Sequence record: DRR723986_647 | DNA length: 43,531 nt | Strand: one strand, 5' to 3' | Notes under the pieces: generated by a model | Told to the model about the DNA's origin: nothing | The model's database searches: none | The model's input: only the letters and a program-made list of their open reading frames with translations | Made by a program: the position numbers and the translations under genes | In this document: piece after piece, positions 8,347-17,229 of the stretch | Numbering within the stretch: position 1 is the stretch's first letter | Layout of the letters: the number at the start of each line of letters is the position of its first letter

Positions 8347-8574
8347 TGTAGTAAACCCCTATCGTGCATATTAAAGTTATCATCAGAAGGCGAAACCGTA
8401 AGGCCGCTTTTGTCGAATTTCAAGAGCAAGTCCGGGTAAGCAAACCCCCAAAAGATTGTTTTTCCGCGCGCATCGTTGTAATGATGCCGCAAGGGGCACA
8501 AATCTATAAAAACCCTATAAAGAGCCTATGAAGGCCTTTACGGCCATAAAGTCGACCGCGACAGGATCGAACCA

Positions 8575-8826
8575 ATGAACGAACAACTAGAGCAGAAATC
8601 ACCCAAATACCGCTTTTGGTTAACGGTAATTGCGATGGTGATGTCAGGTGTATTTGCCCTTATGGGCCTTGGCAGTTTTTCGTTGGGTCAAGGCCTTGCA
8701 TCGGCCCCGGAAAACATCGACCCCGATGCCACTATCCTGACCTTCAATTTCATCGGTTCAGTCTTGCTTTTGATGGTACCCGCCTGCCTGTTGCTCGCCT
8801 ATATGGTGCGCCCTGACGGGAAATAG
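8575..8826 (+). CDS. Small 2-TM hypothetical membrane protein
   Basis: 83 aa with two hydrophobic helices; RBS AGGA. Confidence 0.65.
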   Translation: MNEQLEQKSPKYRFWLTVIAMVMSGVFALMGLGSFSLGQGLASAPENIDPDATILTFNFIGSVLLLMVPACLLLAYMVRPDGK

Positions 8827-8839
8827 AAAGTCTTAAATT

Positions 8840-9265
8840 TTACCTACTAGATATCTTGCTTTCACGCTTAATAATAGCAAGTTGGTTGCTTCGTCTTCTC
8901 CAAAAATAGGCGCCGAGCCCCCAAGTGATAACAACAAGACCAATACTTGCCAATTTCATCCAGAGAATTAGAGAATGAGCTACCTCACTTAATGTGGCGG
9001 TGCCCACGAACTCAATATTAAGAGCAATAAAAATTGAAAGAAAGAAAGAGCCTACGGAAAAACTTACATTGGAGATAAAGTTCCAAGCCGTTAAATTCTC
9101 GAGCTCAGATTCCATTACTCCATACACAGTCGGAGTCCTTTCAACATAAAGTGGTTTTACAGTTGAGCCATCTATACTCGGTGAAAAAGAATGAACTAGT
9201 TCCGAATCTTCTACCTGTTCAACGGAACCATCATGATCATCACTATTACTTTCCCCATCATCCAT
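8840..9265 (-). CDS. Hypothetical 2-TM membrane protein with acidic N-terminus
   Basis: 141 aa with two C-terminal TM segments; AT-rich; start overlaps the upstream stop (TAATG). Confidence 0.7.
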   Translation of the reverse strand: MDDGESNSDDHDGSVEQVEDSELVHSFSPSIDGSTVKPLYVERTPTVYGVMESELENLTAWNFISNVSFSVGSFFLSIFIALNIEFVGTATLSEVAHSLILWMKLASIGLVVITWGLGAYFWRRRSNQLAIIKRESKISSR

Positions 9266-9522
9266 TACTTGGACTCCTCTTTTAGAAGGCCCATTACAAC
9301 TGTATTAAAATACCTAGTTGCGCCACAATTAGTGCACACGACCATCACTTGCGGGTATGAAGGCCCACCTATTTGTAGCGCCCCGTCAGAAGCCACAGTT
9401 GGTTGCACAATATGGTCAGCAATGGTGTGACTTGAAGAGCCACATTCTCTACAGGCACCTGCTCGCGGTGCGCGCTTTTGCAAGAAGTCAGCTATTTTAT
9501 CTTTATCGGCCTTACTCAACAT
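9265..9522 (-). CDS. Small Zn-ribbon protein (CxxC...CxxC)
   Basis: CRECG and CTNCG motifs; RBS GGAG; translationally coupled to the downstream membrane gene. Confidence 0.75.
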   Translation of the reverse strand: MLSKADKDKIADFLQKRAPRAGACRECGSSSHTIADHIVQPTVASDGALQIGGPSYPQVMVVCTNCGATRYFNTVVMGLLKEESK

Positions 9523-9581
9523 AATCTATTCTCCAATGTATGGAGAGCACTTTATGTCACAGTAGATGAATATTCAAACTG

Positions 9582-10793
9582 CTACTTCTTATCAAACCCA
9601 AGAGCCTTGCGTTTTTCTTCGTCGCTGAGGAAGCCTGCACTTGCTATGCGGGCAAACCGCGCGGCGCGTTTGGCGGCCAAGGCCGGTACATCTTCCAGGT
9701 CTATCGCCAGTGAAAGCCGGTCACGACCATTCGCGGGTGCTTCAAAGTCTGGCACCAGCCAATTGGTCAGCTCGGCGGCAATGTCCTGCGCCAACGGAAT
9801 CACCGTGTCTTCCCACAGGCTTTGCCGCGCTTCTGCGTAATTTGAATATGTCTGCGCGTCCGGCACACCCATCATTTGCGGCGGCACACCGAAAGCAGTA
9901 GCAATCTCGCGTGCGGTCATGTTTTTAGCGCTGGCCCAGTCCATATCTTTGGGGCTCATGCCCATTTCCTGCCACTTAAGGCCGCCTTCAAGCAGCAAGG
10001 GCCGTCCGGCGTTTAGTGCACCAGTATATTGTTGCTCAACCTGTTCCTTAAGCTTATCAAACTGCGTGTCGGTCAGCGGCGCATCCGCATCTTCCTGGTA
10101 CAGCACACCCGAGGGGGTGCCGCCGTTTTGAATAAGCGCCAAGTTCCAGCGGCTGCCTTCATTGTGAGCATCCACCGCCATGGCTGCGGCCTCAAGCGGC
10201 GCAAGGCCGTACCAGTCAGACAGGGGATTAAAGCTTTTCAGGTGCAACACAGCCTCTGCGCTGTAGCGTTGTTTTTTGCCCAGCACATGCTGCTCGAACC
10301 CGGCAGCAAGACCGTCTGCGCCTTCAACCACCTTCATGGTGTCCGGGCGCATTAACCACAACTCTTTCGGCTCGCCGCCCTCCGGCCCCACCTTCAGGGC
10401 GTAAGAGTTGCCCGCAATCATATAATAGCCAACGAAGTTATAGAGGAAGTTTTCGCCCTTCAGGCGCGGGTTGGGGCGCGCCAGCAAGTTCAGCAACGGG
10501 TGTTCGCTTACCCGCTCGTTGCCCCGCATTAACACCAAGGGAATGCTGGCCACCGCTTTGGCAACCAGATTAACCGCCCGGTAAGCCACCACATTCTGGC
10601 GGTAGCCCTCATCGGCCAGCCGGTCATAGCGGCGCGGGGTTGAAACCGCGTTGCCGGGGCCTACACGCGCCCACACAGGGCGCTTGGCTTGTTTATGGGC
10701 CAGCTTGTGAGACAGTTTTGGCCCGCCCGACTGCGGCGGGGCTTTGCCGGCCACGTTGCTGCGCGCACCAAACAGTCTGTCAAATATCGCCAT
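9582..10793 (-). CDS. HK97-family phage portal protein (GTA-like)
   Basis: GYRQNVVAYRAV, HPLLNLLARPNP, GLAPLEAAA, NAGRPLLLEGGLKWQEMGMSPKDMD, AREIATAFGVPPQ and TYSNYAEAR. ATG overlaps the terL stop (TGATG). Confidence 0.95.
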   Translation of the reverse strand: MAIFDRLFGARSNVAGKAPPQSGGPKLSHKLAHKQAKRPVWARVGPGNAVSTPRRYDRLADEGYRQNVVAYRAVNLVAKAVASIPLVLMRGNERVSEHPLLNLLARPNPRLKGENFLYNFVGYYMIAGNSYALKVGPEGGEPKELWLMRPDTMKVVEGADGLAAGFEQHVLGKKQRYSAEAVLHLKSFNPLSDWYGLAPLEAAAMAVDAHNEGSRWNLALIQNGGTPSGVLYQEDADAPLTDTQFDKLKEQVEQQYTGALNAGRPLLLEGGLKWQEMGMSPKDMDWASAKNMTAREIATAFGVPPQMMGVPDAQTYSNYAEARQSLWEDTVIPLAQDIAAELTNWLVPDFEAPANGRDRLSLAIDLEDVPALAAKRAARFARIASAGFLSDEEKRKALGFDKK

Positions 10794-12106
10794 CAAAATG
10801 TCCTCAGGTTCGGAAGGGATTTACGGCCAAGCATCAAATCGGTCAGCGCCCACACCGCTGCATCCAGCCGGTCAGGGCTTTCGCCCGCAGCCTTGTGCGC
10901 GCCAGTAAGATTACCAGTGAAATTACACATTTGGTCTTCCAGTGCTGGCAATGCGCCCCAGTGGGACACCCTGCCTTGCTCATACAGGGCGGCAACCGGT
11001 TCCGCGCGGGCGATTTTTGCCCGGGTTGCGTGCACAGCCCTGTAGGCCACGCCTGCGTCCACCTCACGGATGATGGCTTCCACCATGGCACCGCCCATGT
11101 TGACTTCAGCAACGATGCGGTCGGCCTGTAACTCGTGGTACAGCGCCACCGCACGGCTGGCCCAACCGTGAGGGCTGAGGCCACGTTCGCTGGCGTCTTT
11201 GATAATAACGCCCTGCCCGTCGTGGGTAATGCCTGCAGCAACGATGCCGCATTCGTCTGCTTTCTCGCCCATGCTGGCAGGCGGGTCCACCGCCACAACA
11301 AGGCGGGCAAAGTCGGGTAAGTTGTGAATTCGGTTTGCTTCAATCAGGCTACGGGTCCACAGCGCGCCAGGGGTGTCCTCGAGAATTTCTGCGTTCAGTT
11401 CCTGACGCCCCAGCCGCGTGCCGCGGTAACGCGCGACAATATCGCGGGCAAAACCGGGGGCCAAATTCTTCAAATTGTCAAAGGTGGTGCCTTTGGTAAT
11501 GCGTGTCTTTGAGTTGCCAACCAACCGCTTCAAAATAGGGATCGGCTTCGGTGTTGTCGTAATCAGCGCCTTCGGCGCACGGCCAAGCCGCAGGCCAAAC
11601 AGCATCATGTCAAATGTGGTCTCTGCCTGTTTCCAGGCACATAGTTCGTCGCACCAAACCGCATCATGTTGCGGGCCGCGCAGGCGTTCGGGCTCCTCGG
11701 CACCAAATAAGGTAGCAACCGCGCCGTTAGGCCATGTAAGCGTGCGCTTGGACGGCTCATAAACCGGCTTGAACCAAGGCGGCGAAACGGCAAGCAAACC
11801 GCTGTCACCTTCCACCATAACCGCTCGGGCATCATGCAGCGTGGGCGCAATCAAGGCGATGCGCTTGGCACCACCAGTTTCCGCAAGCCCGCGCACCCAT
11901 TCGGCCCCGGCCCGGGTTTTGCCGAACCCCCGCCCCGCCAGCATAAGCCAGTATGTCCAGCGACCAGAGGGTGGCCGCTGGTTAGGGCGCGCCCAAAAGT
12001 CCCAGTCGTAATAGAGGCTGGCCGCTTCTGTGGCGGTAAGGCTATTCAGAAATTTGCGACGTTTTCCCTTTGGCAGCGACCGCACCGAACTTGCTGATAA
12101 GCGCAT
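10793..12106 (-). CDS. terL: Terminase large subunit (RcGTA-like)
   Basis: Walker A AGRGFGKTRAGAEW, LRGPQ, Walker B WCDE, ITTTPKP; nuclease motifs VAVDPP and SPDRLDAAVWA. Confidence 0.95.
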   Translation of the reverse strand: MRLSASSVRSLPKGKRRKFLNSLTATEAASLYYDWDFWARPNQRPPSGRWTYWLMLAGRGFGKTRAGAEWVRGLAETGGAKRIALIAPTLHDARAVMVEGDSGLLAVSPPWFKPVYEPSKRTLTWPNGAVATLFGAEEPERLRGPQHDAVWCDELCAWKQAETTFDMMLFGLRLGRAPKALITTTPKPIPILKRLVGNSKTRITKGTTFDNLKNLAPGFARDIVARYRGTRLGRQELNAEILEDTPGALWTRSLIEANRIHNLPDFARLVVAVDPPASMGEKADECGIVAAGITHDGQGVIIKDASERGLSPHGWASRAVALYHELQADRIVAEVNMGGAMVEAIIREVDAGVAYRAVHATRAKIARAEPVAALYEQGRVSHWGALPALEDQMCNFTGNLTGAHKAAGESPDRLDAAVWALTDLMLGRKSLPNLRTF

Positions 12107-12566
12107 CGCGGGCCCCTTCCAAATTCAAGTCATCGGCAGTTTTGCCGCTGCCGTCTTTTGTCATACTTTTGCCGGTCGTGCCGTAGCGTTCCGGCCTGCG
12201 TGATTTCAACAGAAACATCAGCATGGCGTCAGAATAGTCGGCCACATGGCCCACAACTTCACCGCCCCGGTACACAGGTTTTTCAACGCCCGTGACCGCA
12301 CGCCGGAAAGCTTCTTCTTCGATAATATCAGTGCCAGCCTCTTCCGCCGCTGCCCACTCAGCCGCAAAGCCCGCATCATCCTTACGCCAGCAATAGGGCG
12401 CGCTTGCTTTCACACCAGCCGCAACCGTCGCCGCCCGAACACTTTGCCCCGCAGCAATATGATCGAGAAATGTGGTTTTAGCTGGCTCCAACTTATGCAA
12501 GCTGTTATCGCCTTGCCCGCATACTGACCCACCCAAAGAGACAAGCTCGTCGTCCTTAGCGGTCAT
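12042..12566 (-). CDS. terS: Terminase small subunit
   Basis: HTH (FLDHIAAGQSVRAA...WRKDDAGFAAEW), EEEAFRRAVTG and YSDAMLMFLLKSRRPERY; overlaps the terL start. Likely start ATG 12566 (RBS GGAG) rather than the track start at 12665. Confidence 0.85.
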   Translation of the reverse strand: MTAKDDELVSLGGSVCGQGDNSLHKLEPAKTTFLDHIAAGQSVRAATVAAGVKASAPYCWRKDDAGFAAEWAAAEEAGTDIIEEEAFRRAVTGVEKPVYRGGEVVGHVADYSDAMLMFLLKSRRPERYGTTGKSMTKDGSGKTADDLNLEGARDALISKFGAVAAKGKTSQISE

Positions 12567-12583
12567 AGACACATCTCCGGTGC

Positions 12584-12623
12584 AAAAAATAAAAAACGCC
12601 GCCAGACAGATGTCTGCGACGTC
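12584..12623 (-). terminator. Leader terminator immediately upstream of terS
   Basis: Minus strand GACGTCGCAGACATCTGTCTGGCGGCGTTTTTTATTTTTT: hairpin plus long U-tract, lying between the operator at 12690 and the terS RBS. Confidence 0.65.
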
Positions 12624-12689
12624 GATGCATAGCTTCTCAATTTGACTGTCCCTATGGTGCATCAATATGCTTTAGGGTGCAAGTTATTT

Positions 12690-12704
12690 TTACGTTTTTC
12701 GTAA
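12690..12704. promoter_or_regulatory. Palindromic operator TTACG-N5-CGTAA upstream of the packaging operon
   Basis: Perfect TTACG-TTTTT-CGTAA; near-identical copies at 16385, 16440, 17660 and 17691. Confidence 0.65.
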
Positions 12705-12745
12705 ATTAATTTATTAAGCCAATGGAATCAGGTGATTAAGACAAA

Positions 12746-12785
12746 GAAAAAGCCCGCTCCGAAACATTGTCCCGAGAGCGAGCTA
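12746..12785 (-). terminator. Intrinsic terminator (minus direction)
   Basis: Minus strand AGCTCGCTCTCGGGACAATGTTTCGGAGCGGGCTTTTTC. Confidence 0.55.
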
Positions 12786-13103
12786 ATTCAGTCACTATGG
12801 CTATTGTTAGACTGCAATAAAACAGGGGTTCACGCAAGTGTTTTTTTCATCCTAGCCCGCATCAATCTTGGCCTTCTGGTCAGGAATGACGCCTAAATAT
12901 TGCTTAAGGTCTTGGTCTTTAACACACAGTTGGCGGCCTGTGTGGCCCGCAATGGCTAAAATTAATCTGGAAATAGAAACAAATTGACGCTAATGCTGTC
13001 TCCGTTTGGGGAAACGCGGCACGTAAGTTTCAGAGATTGTGGGGATCTCTGGTGTTTTGGTAACGACTGCGTTTTAAATGTTTTGATTAAGGGGGACGTC
13101 AAC

Positions 13104-13223
13104 ATGCAGCGAGATAGAACCAACACAAGAATGCGCCATGGTATGGCCTGTTGGGCCGCAATGGTTAGCTTTTTCGGCGTGATTGGCGGCGTGCTGTACT
13201 ACAGCCTGTCTGCCTCTGTGTAA
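13104..13223 (+). CDS. Small single-TM protein (39 aa)
   Basis: MQRDRTNTRMRHGMACWAAMVSFFGVIGGVLYYSLSASV with strong RBS AAGGGGGA. Confidence 0.5.
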   Translation: MQRDRTNTRMRHGMACWAAMVSFFGVIGGVLYYSLSASV

Positions 13224-13250
13224 CACCGAACCCGGCCATTGCTTGTGGCA

Positions 13251-13817
13251 TCAAGCCAGAGCGGATCTGATGGCCTCATGTTCTCCTGCTTGCTTCTCAG
13301 GCACACCAAACCCAATATCAATATAGGACAAACTGCGCAGAACCGAACTGGCTACGCCGCCATTGTTGCTGTCGTCTAAATCAAATTGCCGACTGGGCAA
13401 CATCAACCCAATGGTGTTCTGGGGTTTGCCGTCAGGATTATCGACCGGAAAACCCAAGCTGGAAAGCGTATAGCTTTTGCCGCTTTCAAACAGCACATCG
13501 CGCACCACCATGCTGGCGCAGGGCAATGCAAAAACATTTTTGGTAATTTCCATATAAATCGGCGCGTCTTGCGGCGGGCATACATCGAGGTAGTTCATGC
13601 CCGTAATGGCATTGCCCGAGATTTCATCCAGCGACGTACCTACCAGCCGCACAAGCATGTCCGTAGGCGACCGATGCTCCAGAATATACACATAAGGCAA
13701 CAATGTGGGAATTTGGCATGGGTCAAACTGCGAACGCATAGGCAAGCCCCCACCAGCATCAGCCTGCAAGGACTTCCAATATTTTGTAAATTGCTCGAAT
13801 TGGGCCGAAACTATCAT
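13251..13817 (-). CDS. PAS-domain protein (PAS_5/DUF1457 type)
   Basis: YWKSL...LPMRSQFDPCQIPTLLPYVYILE...VRLVGT signature; paralogue of the adjacent gene. Confidence 0.8.
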   Translation of the reverse strand: MIVSAQFEQFTKYWKSLQADAGGGLPMRSQFDPCQIPTLLPYVYILEHRSPTDMLVRLVGTSLDEISGNAITGMNYLDVCPPQDAPIYMEITKNVFALPCASMVVRDVLFESGKSYTLSSLGFPVDNPDGKPQNTIGLMLPSRQFDLDDSNNGGVASSVLRSLSYIDIGFGVPEKQAGEHEAIRSALA

Positions 13818-14024
13818 CTGCGCAAGCCCCTGTTCTAACCCGGTTAGCAAAAAAAGCTTAAATACACTACTACCACATACCGTTCAGCCCACAGGGCCAA
13901 TATGCGGCACATTATCACACACTATTACTGCAAATATAGCATCAAAATCGCAGAAGCAATAACCTTACTATCGCTAAAAATGCAGCGGCAATGGCGGGTA
14001 GAGAATGCCTTCATTTTGGTGTTT

Positions 14025-14606
14025 TTATTGGTTCGGTATTTTGTGCAGCCCCGGTGAAACATGCGGTGCTGATATTTCGGACACCTCCGGCACACCGAAC
14101 CCGATATCAATATATTCCAGGCTGCGCAGCACAGAGCGCGTGACGCCGCCGTTATCCATTTCATCCGCTGCAAAATGTCTGTGGGGTATCATCACACCAA
14201 TACTGTAGGTCAGCGCGCCGTCTTGGTCGGCCATGGGGTAGCCAAGGCTGGAAAGAGTATAATTTTTACCACTTTCAAAGGTTAGGTCCCGTATCACCTT
14301 AGTGGCGCAGGGTAAAAGGCTGCGGTATTTATTAACTTCCTTGTAAAGGGGCACATCTTGAGGGGGACAGAAGTCAAAGAAATTACGCCCCGTATAAGCG
14401 TGAGACGCTATTTCATCCAACGACGTGCCGACAAGGCGCATAATCATTTCATCATCAGATTTATGCTCTAGCAAGTAGACATAGGGCAGCAGGCTGGCAA
14501 TTTGAGCGGGGTTGAGCTGCGACTTTGCCGGAATTGGCCCCTCGGCCGCGGCCTGAAGCCTTTCCCAGTAATCAGTGAATTGTTTGAATTGCGCCGAGAC
14601 AGGCAT
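14025..14606 (-). CDS. PAS-domain protein (PAS_5/DUF1457 type)
   Basis: YWERL...IPAKSQLNPAQIASLLPYVYLLE...MRLVGT; RBS GGGGAG before ATG 14606. Confidence 0.8.
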   Translation of the reverse strand: MPVSAQFKQFTDYWERLQAAAEGPIPAKSQLNPAQIASLLPYVYLLEHKSDDEMIMRLVGTSLDEIASHAYTGRNFFDFCPPQDVPLYKEVNKYRSLLPCATKVIRDLTFESGKNYTLSSLGYPMADQDGALTYSIGVMIPHRHFAADEMDNGGVTRSVLRSLEYIDIGFGVPEVSEISAPHVSPGLHKIPNQ

Positions 14607-14657
14607 AGATGCCAGCTCCCCCTTACGAACCACCCTGCCAGCGAACCCTATCATAAA

Positions 14658-15209
14658 CTAAGCTTGAGCCAAAATAATGCTGGCCAACCAGCGCAGGCCG
14701 TTGTTGTAGCGGCGCTTCATGGTCCAGCGCGACTGCACGCTGTCCAAACTGCGCCGCACTTTCGCCCACGGTATTTTCACCTGCACTTCGCCGTCCTGGT
14801 GCCAACAGGCCCAAAACAACAGCTTTCTATCGCCGGGGTCGGGTAACAGCTGAAGCAAATCAAGTACGGGCTGCATCTGATCAATTTCCTGCGGCGAAAG
14901 CCGCACACTCCGGCGCGCTTGCAGGGCTGTCATAGCGGGCGGCGCATAGGTGCCAGCGTCTGCTGCTGTGTCTGGCCACATCATGGTACGCATGTGCAAA
15001 TACCCTTTTTCGCGGTCTGGCATACGCCTAAGTGTCCATGCCGCCGCCACCAAGCGCGCCTCAATACGTTCAACCATTTTATCAACGGCCTGCGCGTGCT
15101 CGCCTTTTTCACATCGGCTTTCTTTCAATAGCTTTGCTGCGGCGGCCGTGGCTGGCTTGTGGGCTTTATGAGGGTGGTTTTTCTTCGTCAGGGGAATTGA
15201 TTGATGCAT
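14658..15209 (-). CDS. DUF6362-like phage transcriptional regulator (putative late activator/antiterminator)
   Basis: IEARLVAAAWTLRRMPD...WP...SPQEIDQM...LL...IPWAKV...SRWTMKRRY..GL pattern with a C-terminal HTH. Start 15209 inferred from RBS AAAGGA. Confidence 0.65.
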   Translation of the reverse strand: MHQSIPLTKKNHPHKAHKPATAAAAKLLKESRCEKGEHAQAVDKMVERIEARLVAAAWTLRRMPDREKGYLHMRTMMWPDTAADAGTYAPPAMTALQARRSVRLSPQEIDQMQPVLDLLQLLPDPGDRKLLFWACWHQDGEVQVKIPWAKVRRSLDSVQSRWTMKRRYNNGLRWLASIILAQA

Positions 15210-15294
15210 GAAGTAAGCGTCCTTTCTTCGAGTGTGATCGTTTTTTTGGGGAGGGGGTAGTTTGTCGTTGAACCAGTGCTGCTGTTTAACGCCG

Positions 15295-16347
15295 TCATAG
15301 CCAGCCCCATGCTGGCCCGTAACGGTCACGTACTTTTCTTGGGATGTGGCGGGTGGCGGTCAGGCGCGGGTTTGCCCCCAACCCTCGTTCGCGGAACGTT
15401 GGATGGTCAGTGGGGATGAACCAATGACGCGCCAGATACTCTCCGCGAAACCTGTTGGTAGGGTCACCCAACAAACTTTGCCAATGCGCTGTGTCGGTGG
15501 GGTCAAAATCTTTTTTGCTGGCCTGGAGTTTTTTGCGCGCAGGTTTTCGCTCGCGGCCTGCCTGCTCTGCTTTTTGCCGGTTAACGGAAGCCTCCAGCAC
15601 AGCTTCGCGAAAATAGCCCAAACTGTGCGGTGCGCGGCCGGTGCGGCCAATTTCGCGCGCCGCAACCGCCGTAATGGTTGGAATGGCATCCAACGATAGG
15701 TCAACGCCTGCCGCCCACCATAAATGCAGCACCGTATCATCCAATAGCGTTCCTTCGGGGCACACATCGCTCATGCTAGTGCGCCACTGGCTTTGCTGGT
15801 CAACCGAGAGAGGTTGATCCGCTAAGGCGGGCCGATCAGCTATAGCGGGCTGGCCACTGCCCGACTTTTTCACCAATAGGGTATCAACGGCAGGCGGCTG
15901 CTTTTGTTTGGATTTGGTTTTGGTTGCTTGTCCACTTGTGGGGTTGGTCGCTGGCGTTTTGCTACCTGTTTCGCTAAATGAGAATTCTGATCCATTTGCC
16001 GTTTTACTTTTAGCGGCCTTTGCCCTGCCCCCACGCGCACCGTTAGCCTTGTTGCGGGCAACTCTGGCCGCCACGTCGCTGTAGACTGCCTGCAATTTCT
16101 TCTGCCGCCACACACCGTCTTCCAGGTTGAAAAACTGTGCCAATACCGGCCTCAAACGTCGCCATTTGGTGGGGCTTAACCCCGCGATACGGGCAAGGGT
16201 TTTGTCATTGTCTTCCAAAGCGCATCCGGTACTGCGCCACGCACACATCAATAGCAGCAGATAAGCCCCGTGCTCTTCCGTGGTTAGGTGCCGGGTGTCT
16301 GCCAAATAAGCGTCAGTGAAAAGTGGCAAGGCCGGATAAAGCGCCAT
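15295..16347 (-). CDS. YdaU/DUF1376-family phage replication-initiator-like protein
   Basis: LPLFTDAYLADTRHLTTEEHGAYLLLLM..W and NGARGGRAK signatures; RBS AGGAG. Confidence 0.8.
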   Translation of the reverse strand: MALYPALPLFTDAYLADTRHLTTEEHGAYLLLLMCAWRSTGCALEDNDKTLARIAGLSPTKWRRLRPVLAQFFNLEDGVWRQKKLQAVYSDVAARVARNKANGARGGRAKAAKSKTANGSEFSFSETGSKTPATNPTSGQATKTKSKQKQPPAVDTLLVKKSGSGQPAIADRPALADQPLSVDQQSQWRTSMSDVCPEGTLLDDTVLHLWWAAGVDLSLDAIPTITAVAAREIGRTGRAPHSLGYFREAVLEASVNRQKAEQAGRERKPARKKLQASKKDFDPTDTAHWQSLLGDPTNRFRGEYLARHWFIPTDHPTFRERGLGANPRLTATRHIPRKVRDRYGPAWGWL

Positions 16348-16384
16348 AGTGTCTCCTGTGAATTACGAATTGATTTTCATTTTA

Positions 16385-16454
16385 TTTCGTTTTTCGTAAT
16401 TTATGAAGCGAAATAATTTTTAAAATATCTTGCAATTAATTACTAAATTCGTAA
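16385..16454. promoter_or_regulatory. Divergent promoter region with two operators
   Basis: TTTCG-TTTTT-CGTAA (16385-16399) and TTACT-AAATT-CGTAA (16440-16454). TTGCAA at 16430-16435 is -35-like and the repressor ATG lacks an RBS, consistent with a leaderless mRNA. Confidence 0.6.
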
Positions 16455-16464
16455 TAGTAGCTTT

Positions 16465-17229
16465 ATGCCAGCGCAAACTTGGATACGAGCCACCTTGAAA
16501 GAGAGAGGCTTAAAGCTGAAGGATGCCGCGGCGGCGCTTAACATAACGCCGCCGCGCGTGACCGATATTCTCAAGGGTATGCGCGAAGTTCAGGCCGATG
16601 AAATTTTGCCGCTCGCAACCCTCTTGGGCATGACATCAAAGTCATTGCTTGCCAGCCTTGCGAAGGGTGAAAAAACCAATGCCGGACGAGAGCTGGACGG
16701 CCCATCGCTGCAGGTGCTTGGTTCACTCACCGGCACCGGCGATCTGATACCCCTAAGCCCGGACGCCAAGATTAGCAGCGTGCCTGTGCCGCCTGATGCG
16801 GAAAGCAGCGAAGGCCTTTATTGTTACCTGATGGGGGATGACAGCCTTGAGCAGGAAATTCGTCAAGGCTCGTTGATTATTGCCGGTGACCCCCGGGTGC
16901 ATTTCTTCCCGATGGTGCCAGGCGCCATTTTCATTATTGATATGGGCCCAAATAAAGGGGGTAGCTCAAATAAAGAGAGCAGAAAAATAACCGCCCGGCA
17001 ATATTTCAAAAGCCCGAACGGGGAAGACTGGCTGGTGCCTCTGCCCGCCAACCACAACCCGCACTATGAAAGCTGGCGTTTCTCCATGCTACCGGCTGAA
17101 CTGGAAGGCGCCAATGTGGCGGCTATGCCAGGAAGCGGCACGGAAACGCCGGCTCATAAAGTCGTACGCACGACTGACATTGTCGCGGTTGTGATGTGGG
17201 TACATCGGCGCTACACACCTGAAACATAG
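16465..17229 (+). CDS. XRE/CI-like phage repressor (HTH plus degenerate S24-like domain)
   Basis: HTH WIRATLKERGLKLKDAAAALNITPPRVTDILKGMREVQADEI; C-terminal YCYLMGDDSLEQEIRQGSLII resembles S24. Confidence 0.8.
   Translation: MPAQTWIRATLKERGLKLKDAAAALNITPPRVTDILKGMREVQADEILPLATLLGMTSKSLLASLAKGEKTNAGRELDGPSLQVLGSLTGTGDLIPLSPDAKISSVPVPPDAESSEGLYCYLMGDDSLEQEIRQGSLIIAGDPRVHFFPMVPGAIFIIDMGPNKGGSSNKESRKITARQYFKSPNGEDWLVPLPANHNPHYESWRFSMLPAELEGANVAAMPGSGTETPAHKVVRTTDIVAVVMWVHRRYTPET

Noticed and set aside
12700-13095. Full CtrA boxes (TTAA-N7-TTAA) upstream of terS
   Set aside because: TTAA pairs are present but with spacings of 4, 11 and 9 nt, not 7.
15790-15980. Replication iterons inside the YdaU-like gene
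   Set aside because: Only two degenerate TAGC(G/A)AAAC copies and a short peptide-level repeat (QPAIAD/RPALAD/QPLSVD) are present; too weak to call an origin.
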